A DNA stretch of 64,000 nucleotides from an uncultured Gemmatimonadales bacterium. GTDB taxonomy: Bacteria; Gemmatimonadota; Gemmatimonadetes; Gemmatimonadales; GWC2-71-9. The stretch covers positions 999,848-1,063,847 of the forward strand of contig CAWFGP010000001.1 in assembly GCA_963815515.1 (NCBI GenBank). Reading direction: 5' to 3'. Positions 43,260 through 52,089 of this stretch are shown piece by piece; position 1 is the first letter of the stretch; each line of letters begins with the position of its first letter. The position numbers and the translations under genes were made by a program. The notes under the pieces were generated by a model. It saw only the letters and a program-made list of their open reading frames with translations, did not search any database and was not told the origin of the DNA.

Positions 43260-45795
43260 TCGTGTAGTAGCGGTACGACGAGTCGTAGGCCGCGTCTCGC
43301 TCGAAATCGATATCGTTCAGCAGCACGCCAAGCACTTGCGCATGAACCAGCTGAAGCTGCTGCATGGCGTACTCGAGCGCCCCACTCTGGGTCACGCCGG
43401 CGCGCGCCACGATGAGCACGCCGTCGGCATTGGCACCCAACACCGCCGCGTCGGTCAGCATGTTGACCGGCGGGGCATCGAGAATGACGGCCTCGAACTG
43501 CTCGGCCAGTCGCCGGAGCAGATCGACCATCGCCCTCGATTCCAGCAGCGCGATCGGATTCTGCGGGAACTTGCCGCAGGTGAGGAAGTGGAGCATGCCT
43601 CCCTCCTCGACTTTGACCGCGTGCAGCGTCTCCGCCAGCTGCGCCCGGCCGAGGAGCACATCGGTCAAGCCGGGCTCCCGCTTGACACCGAAGAGATGAT
43701 GAACGACGCCCCGCCGGACGTCCGCGTCCACGAGGACGACGCTCACGCTGCGCTGCGCCAGCGTGAAGGCGAGATTGACGGCATTCGTCGTCTTCCCGTC
43801 TCCCGGCAGCGCGCTGGTAAATACCAGGGTTCGAAGTGGAGCACCGCCTCTGGAGTAGAGAATATTGGTCTGCAGGCTGCCATAGGCCTCGGTCACCGCC
43901 GTGCCGATTCCCCGAATGGTCACTCGAGGAACGGAATCGAAAACCTCCGGCACGGGCACAACCGGCGGAGCTGGGCCGGCGCCCTCGGGCTCCGGCCCTT
44001 CCGTCACGCCCTCAGGCAGGAACGTGTATGTGCGCCTGAGGCCGTCGCGCTGTGCCGGCGGTGCGGGCGGCGAGGCCAGCTCCGGCCTGGCCGCGGGCCG
44101 ATGGTTCTGGACCCGCTCCACGATGACCGCATAGTCCCCCGGCATCCGGATCCGAGGAATCAGTCCGAGCACGGGGAGTCCGGTCGCGATCCGCACGTCG
44201 GACCTGGTGTGGATCGACCGGTCCAACAGCTCGCGGAGAAACGCGATCGCCACGCCGAGGAGCAGGCCCGCGACGAGTCCTGCGAGTACCAAGAGCGTGC
44301 GCCGCGGCTTGATCGGGAGCAGGGGCGCCACCGCTGCGTCCACGACTCGCACGCTCGGGTCCTCCACCGCCTGCGCGATCTCGGCTTCCTTGAGCCGGGT
44401 CTGGAGCAGGGTGTACATGTCCTCCAGCACCTTCGGCTGACGCTGAAGCCGGGCGAACTCGACCTGCCGGTGGGGGACCAACGCCAGCTGCTTGCCGTAG
44501 TGCCTGACCGTGGTGTCGAGACTGGCCACCTGGTTGCTCAGGCCCTCGAGGTACGTCGTCACCGTCAACCGCAGCTGCTCTTCGATCTGGGCGATTCGGT
44601 CACTGAGCGCCTGCACATCAGGATCGTCCATCGTTCGACGCCCGAGCAGGGCGGCCCGCTGATCCTCGAGCGCCGAGAGGGACCGAAGCAGCTCCGACGC
44701 ACTCTGATTGCGCAGCAGGGTCGGAAACGCGAGGAGTCTGCGATAGGGCGACGGATCACCGGGGCGGGCCACGGCGGCCGAGTCGCGCGCCTCGGCGAGG
44801 AGCTTGGCCAGGGCGTTCCGTTCGCCCTCGACCGCGCTCCGATCGGCCTCGAGCGCGATGTAGCGGGTGACCTGACCGGTGGCCTCGGTTATCGGGTCCA
44901 CTACCTGTTCCCGCTCCCGGAAACGCTGGAGGTCCTTTTCGGAGACCGCGAGCTGCCGGGTCAGGGTATCGATCTGGCTCCGGAGGAAGGCGACCGTGCT
45001 GCGCGCTTCGGTCTTCTGGGTCTCCTGTCGCCGCTCGATGAATCGCCGAGCGATGGTGTTGGGTACCTGCCAGACGAGCTGAGGGTCGGGATCCTGGTAT
45101 CCTACGACGACGATCTGCGCATCGCGGCTCGGCTGCGAGACGGACAGGCCAGCCGTGACACGCATGACGGTTTGGTCGAAATCGGACACCGTCAATTCGA
45201 TCGTGCCGTACCGGCCCGCCTCGGCAGTGGGGATGAAGCTCAGTCCCTGAGCCGCCAATGGTTGCCCGGTGTGGCCAACGCCGACGACCGCACCGCTGAT
45301 CGCGTTCACCAACTCCACCACCCCGCCCGTGCGATGCCGCAGCAGGTACGTCCCGAGAGCCGCTCCAGGCGCCACCCGGACATCCTGTACAAACCGAGCG
45401 CGGGGAGCCTTCGGCCGGGTGACTGCGAGTTGCAGACCCAGCCGCCGCGCGGCGTCTTCGATCAGCGATCGGCTCCGGAGCACCCGCATCTCGGTGCCGA
45501 TCTCGGTGGCCTGGGCGGAAGGAAGCGCGCGGAAGATCCCTGGCAGGTTGGGTTGCTTCTCGTCGATCCGAATCGTGGCCGTCGCTTCGTAGATCCGAGT
45601 GGCCTTGAGGGCATAGGCCACCGCGGCGCCGGCCATCACACAGGTGGTCGCCAGGATCAGCCATCGATTGCGGATCAGGACCCCCCAGACGTCCCGCAAC
45701 TGGAGCCCGGCCTCCTCGCTAGGCGAGAATGGGCTGGGCGGCAGCGGATCTGCTGGAGTCATCATCGCCCGCCGAACCGGCAACTGATCGGCCAC
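43225..45795 (-). CDS. wzc: Polysaccharide co-polymerase / tyrosine autokinase (Wzc/GumC-type BY-kinase)
   Basis: It has a Wzz-like N-terminus, a long coiled-coil periplasmic region and a second TM. The kinase domain has SALPGDGKTT (Walker A), VVLVDADVRRG (A') and VILDAPPV (B). The C-terminal Tyr cluster is YDSSYRYYTNEEAY. Confidence 0.9.
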   Translation of the reverse strand: MADQLPVRRAMMTPADPLPPSPFSPSEEAGLQLRDVWGVLIRNRWLILATTCVMAGAAVAYALKATRIYEATATIRIDEKQPNLPGIFRALPSAQATEIGTEMRVLRSRSLIEDAARRLGLQLAVTRPKAPRARFVQDVRVAPGAALGTYLLRHRTGGVVELVNAISGAVVGVGHTGQPLAAQGLSFIPTAEAGRYGTIELTVSDFDQTVMRVTAGLSVSQPSRDAQIVVVGYQDPDPQLVWQVPNTIARRFIERRQETQKTEARSTVAFLRSQIDTLTRQLAVSEKDLQRFREREQVVDPITEATGQVTRYIALEADRSAVEGERNALAKLLAEARDSAAVARPGDPSPYRRLLAFPTLLRNQSASELLRSLSALEDQRAALLGRRTMDDPDVQALSDRIAQIEEQLRLTVTTYLEGLSNQVASLDTTVRHYGKQLALVPHRQVEFARLQRQPKVLEDMYTLLQTRLKEAEIAQAVEDPSVRVVDAAVAPLLPIKPRRTLLVLAGLVAGLLLGVAIAFLRELLDRSIHTRSDVRIATGLPVLGLIPRIRMPGDYAVIVERVQNHRPAARPELASPPAPPAQRDGLRRTYTFLPEGVTEGPEPEGAGPAPPVVPVPEVFDSVPRVTIRGIGTAVTEAYGSLQTNILYSRGGAPLRTLVFTSALPGDGKTTNAVNLAFTLAQRSVSVVLVDADVRRGVVHHLFGVKREPGLTDVLLGRAQLAETLHAVKVEEGGMLHFLTCGKFPQNPIALLESRAMVDLLRRLAEQFEAVILDAPPVNMLTDAAVLGANADGVLIVARAGVTQSGALEYAMQQLQLVHAQVLGVLLNDIDFERDAAYDSSYRYYTNEEAYVTRTDE

Positions 45796-45860
45796 ACTTC
45801 CTCCAGGGCAAATGAACTGCCACCACGTCCGTCATGCCACTCGGGCCCGCGGCCGGGCCT

Positions 45861-46505
45861 TTACCGAATCAGAAGCGCGACGATGAGCGTAGTGGTGGCC
45901 GACAGCGTGGCCGCCACGATATTCCGGCCGAGCCAGCCCCGCTGCGGCACGAACAGCTGATCGCCCGTCTGGATGGGCGTGTCGGCGAGGCGAGTTTCCC
46001 GTGCCAGCTTCACCTTGAGGTCCTGGCCATTCCGCCGGAGGACGACCTGGTCCGGTTTTCCATCGGAAGTCGCTCCACCAGCGACCGCGACGGCATCCCC
46101 TACGGTCACGGTCGGTGGTACCGGGTAGAGCCCAGGATTGCGCACCGCTCCGAGCACCTGGATCCGCCGGAGCGGGGTCACCTCGATCGACGGATTCTTC
46201 AAGAACTTGCCCAGGGAATCCGTCACAAAGCGCTTGAGGGAGTCCGGTGACATTGCCGTGACGTGCACCGGACCGATTCGAGGTAGAACCGCGGTGCCCG
46301 ATTCATCGACGTTGAATTCTCCGGACCACTCCGGCTCGCGCCAGACGCTCACTTTGATTACGTCGCCGGGACGCAGCACGTCCGGCGACCCCCGCGGTAC
46401 TTGGTGGGCCGAGTCAGGAGACTGCGTCATGGCCGGCGTCGGCACACCGGCAAATCCGACGAGGAGAAGCAGTACTAGCCGCAGTCGGCGAGGCAGGCCC
46501 TTCAT
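45861..46505 (-). CDS. wza: Polysaccharide export protein (Wza-like: Poly_export + SLBB + C-terminal helix)
   Basis: The signal peptide is MKGLPRRLRLVLLLLVGFAG. This is followed by LRPGDVIKVSVW...FNVDESGTAVLPRIGPVHV...VLGAVRNPGLY...GDQLFVP and a C-terminal hydrophobic helix. Confidence 0.85.
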   Translation of the reverse strand: MKGLPRRLRLVLLLLVGFAGVPTPAMTQSPDSAHQVPRGSPDVLRPGDVIKVSVWREPEWSGEFNVDESGTAVLPRIGPVHVTAMSPDSLKRFVTDSLGKFLKNPSIEVTPLRRIQVLGAVRNPGLYPVPPTVTVGDAVAVAGGATSDGKPDQVVLRRNGQDLKVKLARETRLADTPIQTGDQLFVPQRGWLGRNIVAATLSATTTLIVALLIR

Positions 46506-46713
46506 CGATTCCGTTTCTGTGCAGTTTGAATGCCGCTCTGTCGTCCCTAACCAGTGGTAAGTCCATAGTTACGACGTTCCACCTGTGCCACAATATGACC
46601 CGCGCTGTCGGTCGGCAAGAGCACATCGGCGACGCGCCTGTGCCTTCGAGCCCACCTCCTTGCCAGCTCGGATGGCTAAACGAGGTAGCCGGATGGAAGA
46701 CTCGCGGCCACCT

Positions 46714-46725
46714 CACTCTACCGCA
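46714..46725 (-). promoter_or_regulatory. ops-like element (TGCGGTAGAGTG) in the leader of the EPS operon
   Basis: The minus-strand sequence TGCGGTAGAGTG matches the enterobacterial ops consensus GGCGGTAGnnTG at 9 of 10 specified positions. It lies about 210 nt upstream of the wza start, on the transcribed strand. Confidence 0.3.
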
Positions 46726-47650
46726 TACCGTCGGCCGAGAATCGCAAGGCGGAGCCGGGCAACCAAGTTCGGCCAGATGGCAGCTCCGTATCGTGCCGCT
46801 TGGGAGAGGGTGTCAAACGCCAAAAGCCCGATCGAGCTCTCCCCCCGGCTCCATACCACTTTCGGGGTGATCGCCCGCGCGAGTTCCGGCGTGCTCCTTC
46901 GCGATACGTGTGAGTGCATGGAGCATACGAGCAATCGGGCGGTGCGGGATGGGTAGTTTCTGCCTACCATGAGTTGATCTAAGCCGTGATGAGCCATTGG
47001 CTTCGAAAGCTCGTGCAATACATCGCAGGCCTCCGCAGCATCGGCGCCAAGAGAAGCCAGGATGCTGGTTCGCTGGGCAATACTTGTCCGGGACCAGGCG
47101 ATCCGGGCCACTGACGATTTCGGACCTCTGAAGCGAATCTTATTTTTTGGGGCAGACCGTCCCCGTCGTCGCCAGCCTTCGTCTTCGCTGCTGGTTGTCG
47201 CCCTGGCAACCTAGGATTCTCGCACGCTCCCACGAGATCACGACAACAGCGCAATCCCACTCTTCGGCCGGTGCGGCGAGCCGCCGGCGAGGCTGAAGGA
47301 ATGGATATCATCTGTCCCACAAACCATCTGCTATAACGGCACTTACCCCTTCGCACTTTCCGTATCGATTCCGTAGCAGGCCAGCAGCGCTGTCGTGATC
47401 TGGCGGTTGCATCATGCTCTAGCACGGCATCTTGTGTGGGAGCGTCTCGACAGAGGCTTGTGGCATGATCTCACAGCGCGACTGCGAGCCATCTCACAAA
47501 CTATTGGGTAATATGTACTTGCACCTTCTGACTTCTTGTGCCAACTTGGCCTTCGGATTGCTCCAGGTGTGCCCGCCGGGCCGCGCTCTAACTGGGCGTC
47601 GGGCCTCTCCCGATCCGCTATGAACCGCGAACCTCAACCCGAATGGCGTC

Positions 47651-48808
47651 ATGCCTCGAGCAGTTCGCTCCGTTCTACCGGACTCCGACCTGATTGCGCT
47701 TGGCATCCAATTGCCTCGGGCCCAGGTCCTTCAGATGCGAACGGCGCTGCGAGAGCTGCTCGCTCAGCGCGCGGGCGAGCGCGCCGAGACCTGGCGGCAG
47801 TCGGTCCTCCGCAGCCTTCGCATCCTGACCGGATCGGACAAGGCCGTCCTCGTGGTCCGGACCTGGGCGGGACCGTTCGCCTGCGGCGAGGACATGGGCC
47901 AGGACCTGCTCTCCGCCTACGTGGCCCGGTTCGCCGATCTGGACCGAAGCCGGGTCGCCCTGACCGAGTTCGGGTTGGAGGTCTGGAGCCTGAGCCAACT
48001 GTGGCCGCCCGGTGAGCTTGAGCGGAGCAGGTACTACCAGACCTTCGCCGCGCCGAATCGGCTTCACGAGACCGTCGGCGTGACCCTGCAGTTCGCCAGT
48101 CCGCGCGCCGAGGTTTGCCTCGTCTTCCACAAGACCGAGCGTGGGCTGCCGGCCGTGACCCAGCACCGGCGCGAGCTGCTGAGCCTGCTCCTCGAGCCCA
48201 TCCGTGCCGGGTTCGGCGCGGACCTCGGCACGGCCGATCCGATGCCCCAGATGTCGTCGTTGATCGAAGTGACGGGCCAGGCGCTGGCACTGTACGACCT
48301 GGACGGGCGCGAGCTGACCCAGAACCCCGTGCTGCGGCGGATTCTGGCTCAGGACCAGGAACGCGACGCGCTGCTCGACCAGATCCGGGGCGTCGCACGC
48401 TCGGTGCTCGAGCGCCGGGCGAAGGGAGGCGAGCCGCGGGGCCGAATGCACCGGCACGCGGACGGGACCCGGCGGGAGGTGGCCACCTCTCAGGCCGCCT
48501 ATCGCCTGCGCGGCAATCTCGTCGGACGGAATGCCCTGGGCCACGGCACGGCAATCCTGGTCTCGCTGGACCGCGTGGCGTTCCAGGTGCCGGCGCCCGA
48601 CAGCCTCCGCACGCGCTACGGCCTCACCCCTCGGGAGCTCCAGGTGGCCTCCCTCCTGATGCACCGCCTCACCAACGCCGAAATCGCCCGGATGCTCGTC
48701 ATCAGCCCGCATACGGCACGGCATCACACCGAGAGCGTCCTCACCAAGTTCGGCGTCCGGTCCCGCGAAGCGCTGCGCCGTGCCATCACCGAGGTCCCGT
48801 CGAGCTAG
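47651..48808 (+). CDS. LuxR/GerE-family transcriptional regulator with large N-terminal sensory-type region
   Basis: The C-terminal HTH is LTPRELQVASLLMHRLTNAEIARMLVISPHTARHHTESVLTKFGV. It is divergent from the EPS operon across the 1.1-kb leader. Confidence 0.85.
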   Translation: MPRAVRSVLPDSDLIALGIQLPRAQVLQMRTALRELLAQRAGERAETWRQSVLRSLRILTGSDKAVLVVRTWAGPFACGEDMGQDLLSAYVARFADLDRSRVALTEFGLEVWSLSQLWPPGELERSRYYQTFAAPNRLHETVGVTLQFASPRAEVCLVFHKTERGLPAVTQHRRELLSLLLEPIRAGFGADLGTADPMPQMSSLIEVTGQALALYDLDGRELTQNPVLRRILAQDQERDALLDQIRGVARSVLERRAKGGEPRGRMHRHADGTRREVATSQAAYRLRGNLVGRNALGHGTAILVSLDRVAFQVPAPDSLRTRYGLTPRELQVASLLMHRLTNAEIARMLVISPHTARHHTESVLTKFGVRSREALRRAITEVPSS

Positions 48809-48812
48809 CCGC

Positions 48813-50756
48813 TCAGCCCGCCGACTCCGCCTGGCGGGTCGCTGCTTCCCACCGGGCAAACGCTTCATCCAGCCGCGTCCGGGCGGTCTCCATCTCGCGG
48901 CCAAGCTCGGCGGCCCGCCGGCCGCCATCCGCGGTCAGGTACAGGTGCGGATCTTCGAGCTGCGCCCGAAGCGCGGCGACCCGGCCCTCCCACTCGCTCA
49001 CTGCCGCCTCGGTATCCGCGACCGCCCGCTCGGCCGTCCGCCGAGCGGTCTGCTTGCGCTGCCGCTCATCCTCGGGCCGGCGGGTCTGCTTCCGCTCCTT
49101 CACACGCCGCAACGACTCGGCCTCTGCCGCCGCGACCGTGGCCGCGTGCGCCCGCTCGCGGCTGGCCGTCTCCCATTCCTCGAAGGTGCCGGGGAAGTCG
49201 GTGACCCGGCCGTCGTGCAGGATCCAGACGCGGGTCGTGAGCGCGCGGAGCAGCGCCCGGTCGTGGCTCACCAGCAGCACGGTGCCGTCGTAGTCGACGA
49301 TGGCGTCCTCGAGCGCCTCGATCGACTCCACGTCGAGATGGTTGGTGGGCTCGTCGAAGATCAGGAGATTGGCGCCCGACAGCATCATCATGGCCAGCGC
49401 GACACGCGCGCGCTCCCCGCCCGAGAGCGTGGCGGCGCGCCGCTGCACCGAGTCGCCGCTGAAGCCGAACCGGCCGAGGTGGCCCTGGATGGGTCCGCGG
49501 CCCCAGTGCGGGCGGAGGTGCGCGATGATGTCGTACAGCGTCTCTTCCGCCGGCACCTGGGCCAGGTCCTGCCGGTAGTAGGCGATGCGCACCGAGTCGG
49601 GGACGCGAAGCTCGCCCGCCTCGACCGGCCGCTCTCCCATGATGGCGCGGAGCAGCGTCGACTTCCCCGCCCCGTTCGGCCCGACGAGGCCCACCACCTC
49701 CCCGCGCATGAGCCGGACGTCCAGCTCGCTGATGAGCGTCCGTCCCGGCACGCCGATCATCACGTCCTCCGCGACCAGCACCTGGTCGCCGCCACGCTCG
49801 TCCGCCGTGAGGCTGAGGGCCATCGCGCCGTCCGCGCCGGGCGGCGGGCTCAGCCGATCGACCCGCTCGAGCCGCCGCCGACGGCCCTTGGCCTGCGCGC
49901 TGTTGTTCCCGGCGATGTTCCGCCGGATGAAGTCCTCCTCGGCGGCGAGCGAACGGGCCTGCTTGGTGAAGGCCCGCTGCTGTGCCATCCGGCGCTCCGT
50001 GCGCTGGTGCAGGAACGACTCGTAGTCGCCCCCGTAGACCGCGCCCGTCCCCGCCTCGAGGTGCAGCACGTGATCCACCACGGCCTGGAGGAAGGCCCGG
50101 TCGTGGCTGATGAGCAACACGGTGGCGTCGAGGCCGCGGAGATAGTCCTCCAGCCAGCGCGTGGTCTCGAGGTCGAGGTGGTTGGTGGGCTCGTCGAGCA
50201 GGAGGACGTCGGCGGGGGCGACGAGCTGCTGGGCCAGCCCGAGCCGTCCCCGCTCGCCGCCGCTCAACTCGGCCAGCGGACGCGCCCGCGCCTCGTCCGG
50301 GTCGAAGCCGAGGCCGTCGAGCACCGCGTCGATGCGGGCGGCGAGGGTGTAGCCGCCCTCGCGATCAAAGCGCTCGAGATCGCGGTCGTACCGGGCCAGC
50401 ATCTGCGGCGTGCAGCGGTCGCCCGCCTCCGCCAGGGCCATACCCTGCTCCGCCAGCGAGCGCTCGAGCGCGAGCAGCTCGCCGAAGGCCCCGGCGGCAG
50501 CCTCCCAGACTGTGACGGCGCCGGCGAAGTCCCGGTGCTGTTCCATGATCGAATAGCGGAGACCGCCCGCCCGGGCGACGGTGCCGGCGCTGGGCTCGGT
50601 CTCACCCGAGATGATGCGGAACAGGGTGGTCTTGCCGGAGCCGTTCCGGCCGATGATGCCCCAGCGCTCGCCGCGGGCCACGGTGAACGTGACGTCCCCC
50701 AGGAGCCGGGTGGCGCCGAACTCGACGGCGAGACCGGAGACGGCGAGCTGGGTCAC
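48813..50756 (-). CDS. ABC-F family ATPase (Uup/YheS-like, two ABC domains, no TM)
   Basis: GRNGSGKTT / LSGGERGRL / LLLDEPTNHLD and GPNGAGKST / LSGGERARV / LIFDEPTNHLD, plus a C-terminal coiled coil. GTG 50756 overlaps the upstream stop (GTGA). The track's 1029-aa ORF adds 382 read-through codons. Confidence 0.9.
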   Translation of the reverse strand: MTQLAVSGLAVEFGATRLLGDVTFTVARGERWGIIGRNGSGKTTLFRIISGETEPSAGTVARAGGLRYSIMEQHRDFAGAVTVWEAAAGAFGELLALERSLAEQGMALAEAGDRCTPQMLARYDRDLERFDREGGYTLAARIDAVLDGLGFDPDEARARPLAELSGGERGRLGLAQQLVAPADVLLLDEPTNHLDLETTRWLEDYLRGLDATVLLISHDRAFLQAVVDHVLHLEAGTGAVYGGDYESFLHQRTERRMAQQRAFTKQARSLAAEEDFIRRNIAGNNSAQAKGRRRRLERVDRLSPPPGADGAMALSLTADERGGDQVLVAEDVMIGVPGRTLISELDVRLMRGEVVGLVGPNGAGKSTLLRAIMGERPVEAGELRVPDSVRIAYYRQDLAQVPAEETLYDIIAHLRPHWGRGPIQGHLGRFGFSGDSVQRRAATLSGGERARVALAMMMLSGANLLIFDEPTNHLDVESIEALEDAIVDYDGTVLLVSHDRALLRALTTRVWILHDGRVTDFPGTFEEWETASRERAHAATVAAAEAESLRRVKERKQTRRPEDERQRKQTARRTAERAVADTEAAVSEWEGRVAALRAQLEDPHLYLTADGGRRAAELGREMETARTRLDEAFARWEAATRQAESAG

Positions 50757-51100
50757 CGGCCGGTCCAGTCGCGCCAGGTGGCTTCGGCGTCGCCGACCGT
50801 GAGCTGCCGCTGGTGACGGACCAGCGGGATCCGGATGAGCAGCGGCTCCTCGGCGAGCTTCTCCAGCCAGCGCTCGTCGCTCAGGCGCGCGGCGCCGAGT
50901 CCGAGGTCGGCATACCGGCGCGATGCGCGATCGACGAGCGCCTGCACGCCGAACTTCTGCGCGAACCGCCGGAGCTCGCCGGGCGACGCCGCGCGCTCCT
51001 GCAGGTCCACGAAGTGGGTCTTGATGCGCCGTTCGGCGAAGAACCGCAACGCCTTCCGCGTCTCGCTGCTCTTCCGGATGCCGAAAATCTGGATTTCCAT
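50753..51100 (-). CDS. ArsC/Spx/YffB-family small thioredoxin-fold protein
   Basis: MEIQIFGIRKSSETRKALRFFAERRIKTHFVDL... resembles the ArsC family. The canonical N-terminal Cys is replaced (GIRKSS), so it may be redox-inactive. Confidence 0.7.
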   Translation of the reverse strand: MEIQIFGIRKSSETRKALRFFAERRIKTHFVDLQERAASPGELRRFAQKFGVQALVDRASRRYADLGLGAARLSDERWLEKLAEEPLLIRIPLVRHQRQLTVGDAEATWRDWTGR

Positions 51101-51144
51101 GGGGCGGGAATCTAAACCGGCGGATACAGAGGCGGGGTGGCAGC

Positions 51145-51170
51145 GGCGACCTGGCGCGGCGACCTGGCGC
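51145..51170. repeat. Perfect 13-bp tandem direct repeat x2 (ggcgacctggcgc)
   Basis: Read directly in the 78-bp spacer between the MOSC gene stop and the ArsC-family gene start. Confidence 0.9.
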
Positions 51171-51178
51171 GCAGCGGG

Positions 51179-51991
51179 CTACGCGAGCAGCGCCTCTCCC
51201 ACGGCGAGCCGTCCGGTGCCCTCGTGCACCACGTTCTGGCCGAAGTACACCTTGCCGTCCCAGCGACGGTACGTGGCCAGCGTGCGGAGCGGCTCGAGGC
51301 CGCGCTCGGCGGTGGCCTGATCGGTGGTGGTGAGCACGCAGCGGTCGCACGGCTTGATCACGCGGAACCGGAGCGCGCCGATCCGGAAGAACTCCAGCGC
51401 ATCCTCGCCGAAGGGGGCACCGCCGGCGATCACCAGGTTGGGCCGGAACCGGTTCATCGGCAGCGGCGCGGGCATCCGGGCGTTGAGATCGGCGAGCGAC
51501 TCCTCGGAGATCAGCAGGAACGCGAAGGCGTCGGCGAAGCTCACGCGGTGTCCGGGGGGCGCGTAGGTCGTGTCGGCCGGCCGGACCGTCGTCTCGGGCA
51601 TGTAGACCAGACTGCAATCGGTCTCCAGCACGTCCGAAAACCATCGCGCTGCCGGCTCGCCGGTCCAGACGGCGGTACAGGTATCGTCCCAGACGGTGGC
51701 CGGCATCGTGACGGCCGGGCCCGGGGCGAGCGGCAGCTCGAGCGCGGGCATGCCGGCGGTCTCGATCCGGAGGGTGCCATCGCCGACGGCGGGCCGCACC
51801 AGCGCCATCCTCGGGTGCGTGCGTTGCGAGATCATCCGGCCGGCCGCGTCCACGACCATCCAGCGGCGGTCGAACCGGAGCCCGAAGCCGTCCACATCCC
51901 ACGCGGCCGGCGCGAGTCCGGCGGCGGACTTGATGGGGTAGACGTGGAGGCCGGTCAGTCGGAGAGCTTCGTCGGACGATGACTGGGGCAT
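51179..51991 (-). CDS. MOSC domain protein (YcbX-like, N-terminal beta-barrel + MOSC)
   Basis: LHVYPIKSAAG...FGLRFDRRWMVVD...RFRPNLVI...IKPCDRCVLTTTDQ. Confidence 0.85.
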   Translation of the reverse strand: MPQSSSDEALRLTGLHVYPIKSAAGLAPAAWDVDGFGLRFDRRWMVVDAAGRMISQRTHPRMALVRPAVGDGTLRIETAGMPALELPLAPGPAVTMPATVWDDTCTAVWTGEPAARWFSDVLETDCSLVYMPETTVRPADTTYAPPGHRVSFADAFAFLLISEESLADLNARMPAPLPMNRFRPNLVIAGGAPFGEDALEFFRIGALRFRVIKPCDRCVLTTTDQATAERGLEPLRTLATYRRWDGKVYFGQNVVHEGTGRLAVGEALLA

Positions 51992-52089
51992 GCCGGAATC
52001 TACCCTGGTCTGGTGAGCGGATCGGCCCTAACCTTCCCCATCACCTCGCGAAGTGCTCGCTCACCTGGCCATCGCTGAGAGACGCGCCG

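Noticed and set aside
42403-45960. 1185-aa + strand ORF
   Set aside because: It is antisense to the well-supported wzc and sugar-transferase genes, has no recognisable motifs and is Arg/Gly/Pro-rich. It is a GC-driven stop-free shadow frame.
46575-46600. TGGCAC on the operon sense strand (rc of gtgcca at 46585-46590) as a possible sigma-54 -24 element upstream of wza
   Set aside because: The expected -12 TTGC element is absent at the correct spacing (GAAC instead). A second TGGCA...GC candidate nearby is off by one nucleotide.
46713-47111. 132-aa minus-strand ORF in the EPS leader (MARIAWSRTSIAQ...)
   Set aside because: About one third of its codons end in A/T, versus almost none in neighbouring genes. 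It has no family motif, signal or RBS. I treat it as non-coding leader, though a degraded foreign gene cannot be excluded without a search.
50757-51902. N-terminal 382 codons of the 1029-aa minus-strand ORF 48813-51902
   Set aside because: Recognisable ABC-F sequence begins only at VTQLAVSGLAVEF (GTG 50756, overlapping the upstream stop). The upstream part overlaps the ArsC-family and MOSC genes in other frames and reads as Arg/Pro-rich nonsense.
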